NCBI RefSeq assembly: GCF_964355755.1 | Contig: NC_092672.1 | Coordinates: 3,534,001-3,598,000, forward strand | Direction: 5' to 3' | Length of the DNA: 64,000 nucleotides | From: Antedon mediterranea | Taxonomy: Eukaryota > Animalia > Echinodermata | Shown here: piece by piece, positions 63,694-64,000 of the stretch | Layout of the letters: the number at the start of each line of letters is the position of its first letter | Position numbering within the stretch: the first letter of the stretch is position 1 | Position numbers and translations under genes: made by a program | Notes under the pieces: model-generated | Database searches by the model: none | What the model saw: the letters and a program-made list of their open reading frames with translations, nothing else | What the model was told of the DNA's origin: nothing

Positions 63694-64000
63694 CTTCAGT
63701 CAGAGATGTTACTCTTGCTTCCAGTCCAACTTGTCTTAAATTGTTAATGAATTCTTCAATTTTTTCTTCACAGATTATTTTTCTCTGTTCCAAATCCAGA
63801 ATCATACTCCAGGCATCTTTATAATTCTTTAACGCACTACCATTGTACAATGCATCAATTCTGTCCACATCAGCCTGTCTAAGTCCATTTCCGAAAGCTA
63901 CAATTTGTATTCGATATCGAGTGAACTTAGTAATTTCTTGGTTTTCAAGAAAAGAATGTTTGAGAAGAGCGATGACACCAAACTGTTCAGTTACTTTTAT
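63694..64000 (-). CDS. NLR gene B N-terminal DED-like exon (partial, continues beyond the window)
   Basis: Open frame IKVTEQFGV...KFTRYRIQIVAFGNGLRQADVDRIDALY..NYKDAWSMILDLEQRKII..FINNL, ending at the donor GAAG|GTATGT (phase 1). It has a DED-like pattern only distantly similar to the second repeat of gene A. Confidence 0.75.

Overview
AT-rich, intron-containing animal genomic DNA. It is probably an invertebrate deuterostome such as an echinoderm, inferred only from the gene and transposon content. It holds two minus-strand DED-DED/NACHT/LRR (NLR-type) immune genes inside a segmental duplication (about 16841-34438 vs about 52676-63225). Each copy also carries a plus-strand HELLS/LSH 3' pseudogene fragment, tail-to-tail with the NLR. 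The two NLRs share very similar introns but have barely alignable N-terminal DED exons, joined through a variable array of phase-1 micro-exons. Mobile DNA includes a CR1-group LINE at the left edge, a PNMA-like gypsy gag relic, nested inverted DNA elements, a decayed AcademX transposon containing a Rex/Babar fragment, a 2.3-kb foldback element and several MITEs. The most striking element is a recent BEL/Pao LTR element (493-bp LTRs, 5-bp TSD) whose pol is replaced by an in-frame coiled-coil segment resembling host AKAP9/pericentrin. Two large satellites (38 bp x ~117 and 59 bp x ~141) each have a single-copy progenitor visible in a paralogous segment of this same window. No CRISPR array, rRNA or convincing tRNA gene was seen. 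All homology calls come from motifs recognised by eye; no database search was run.
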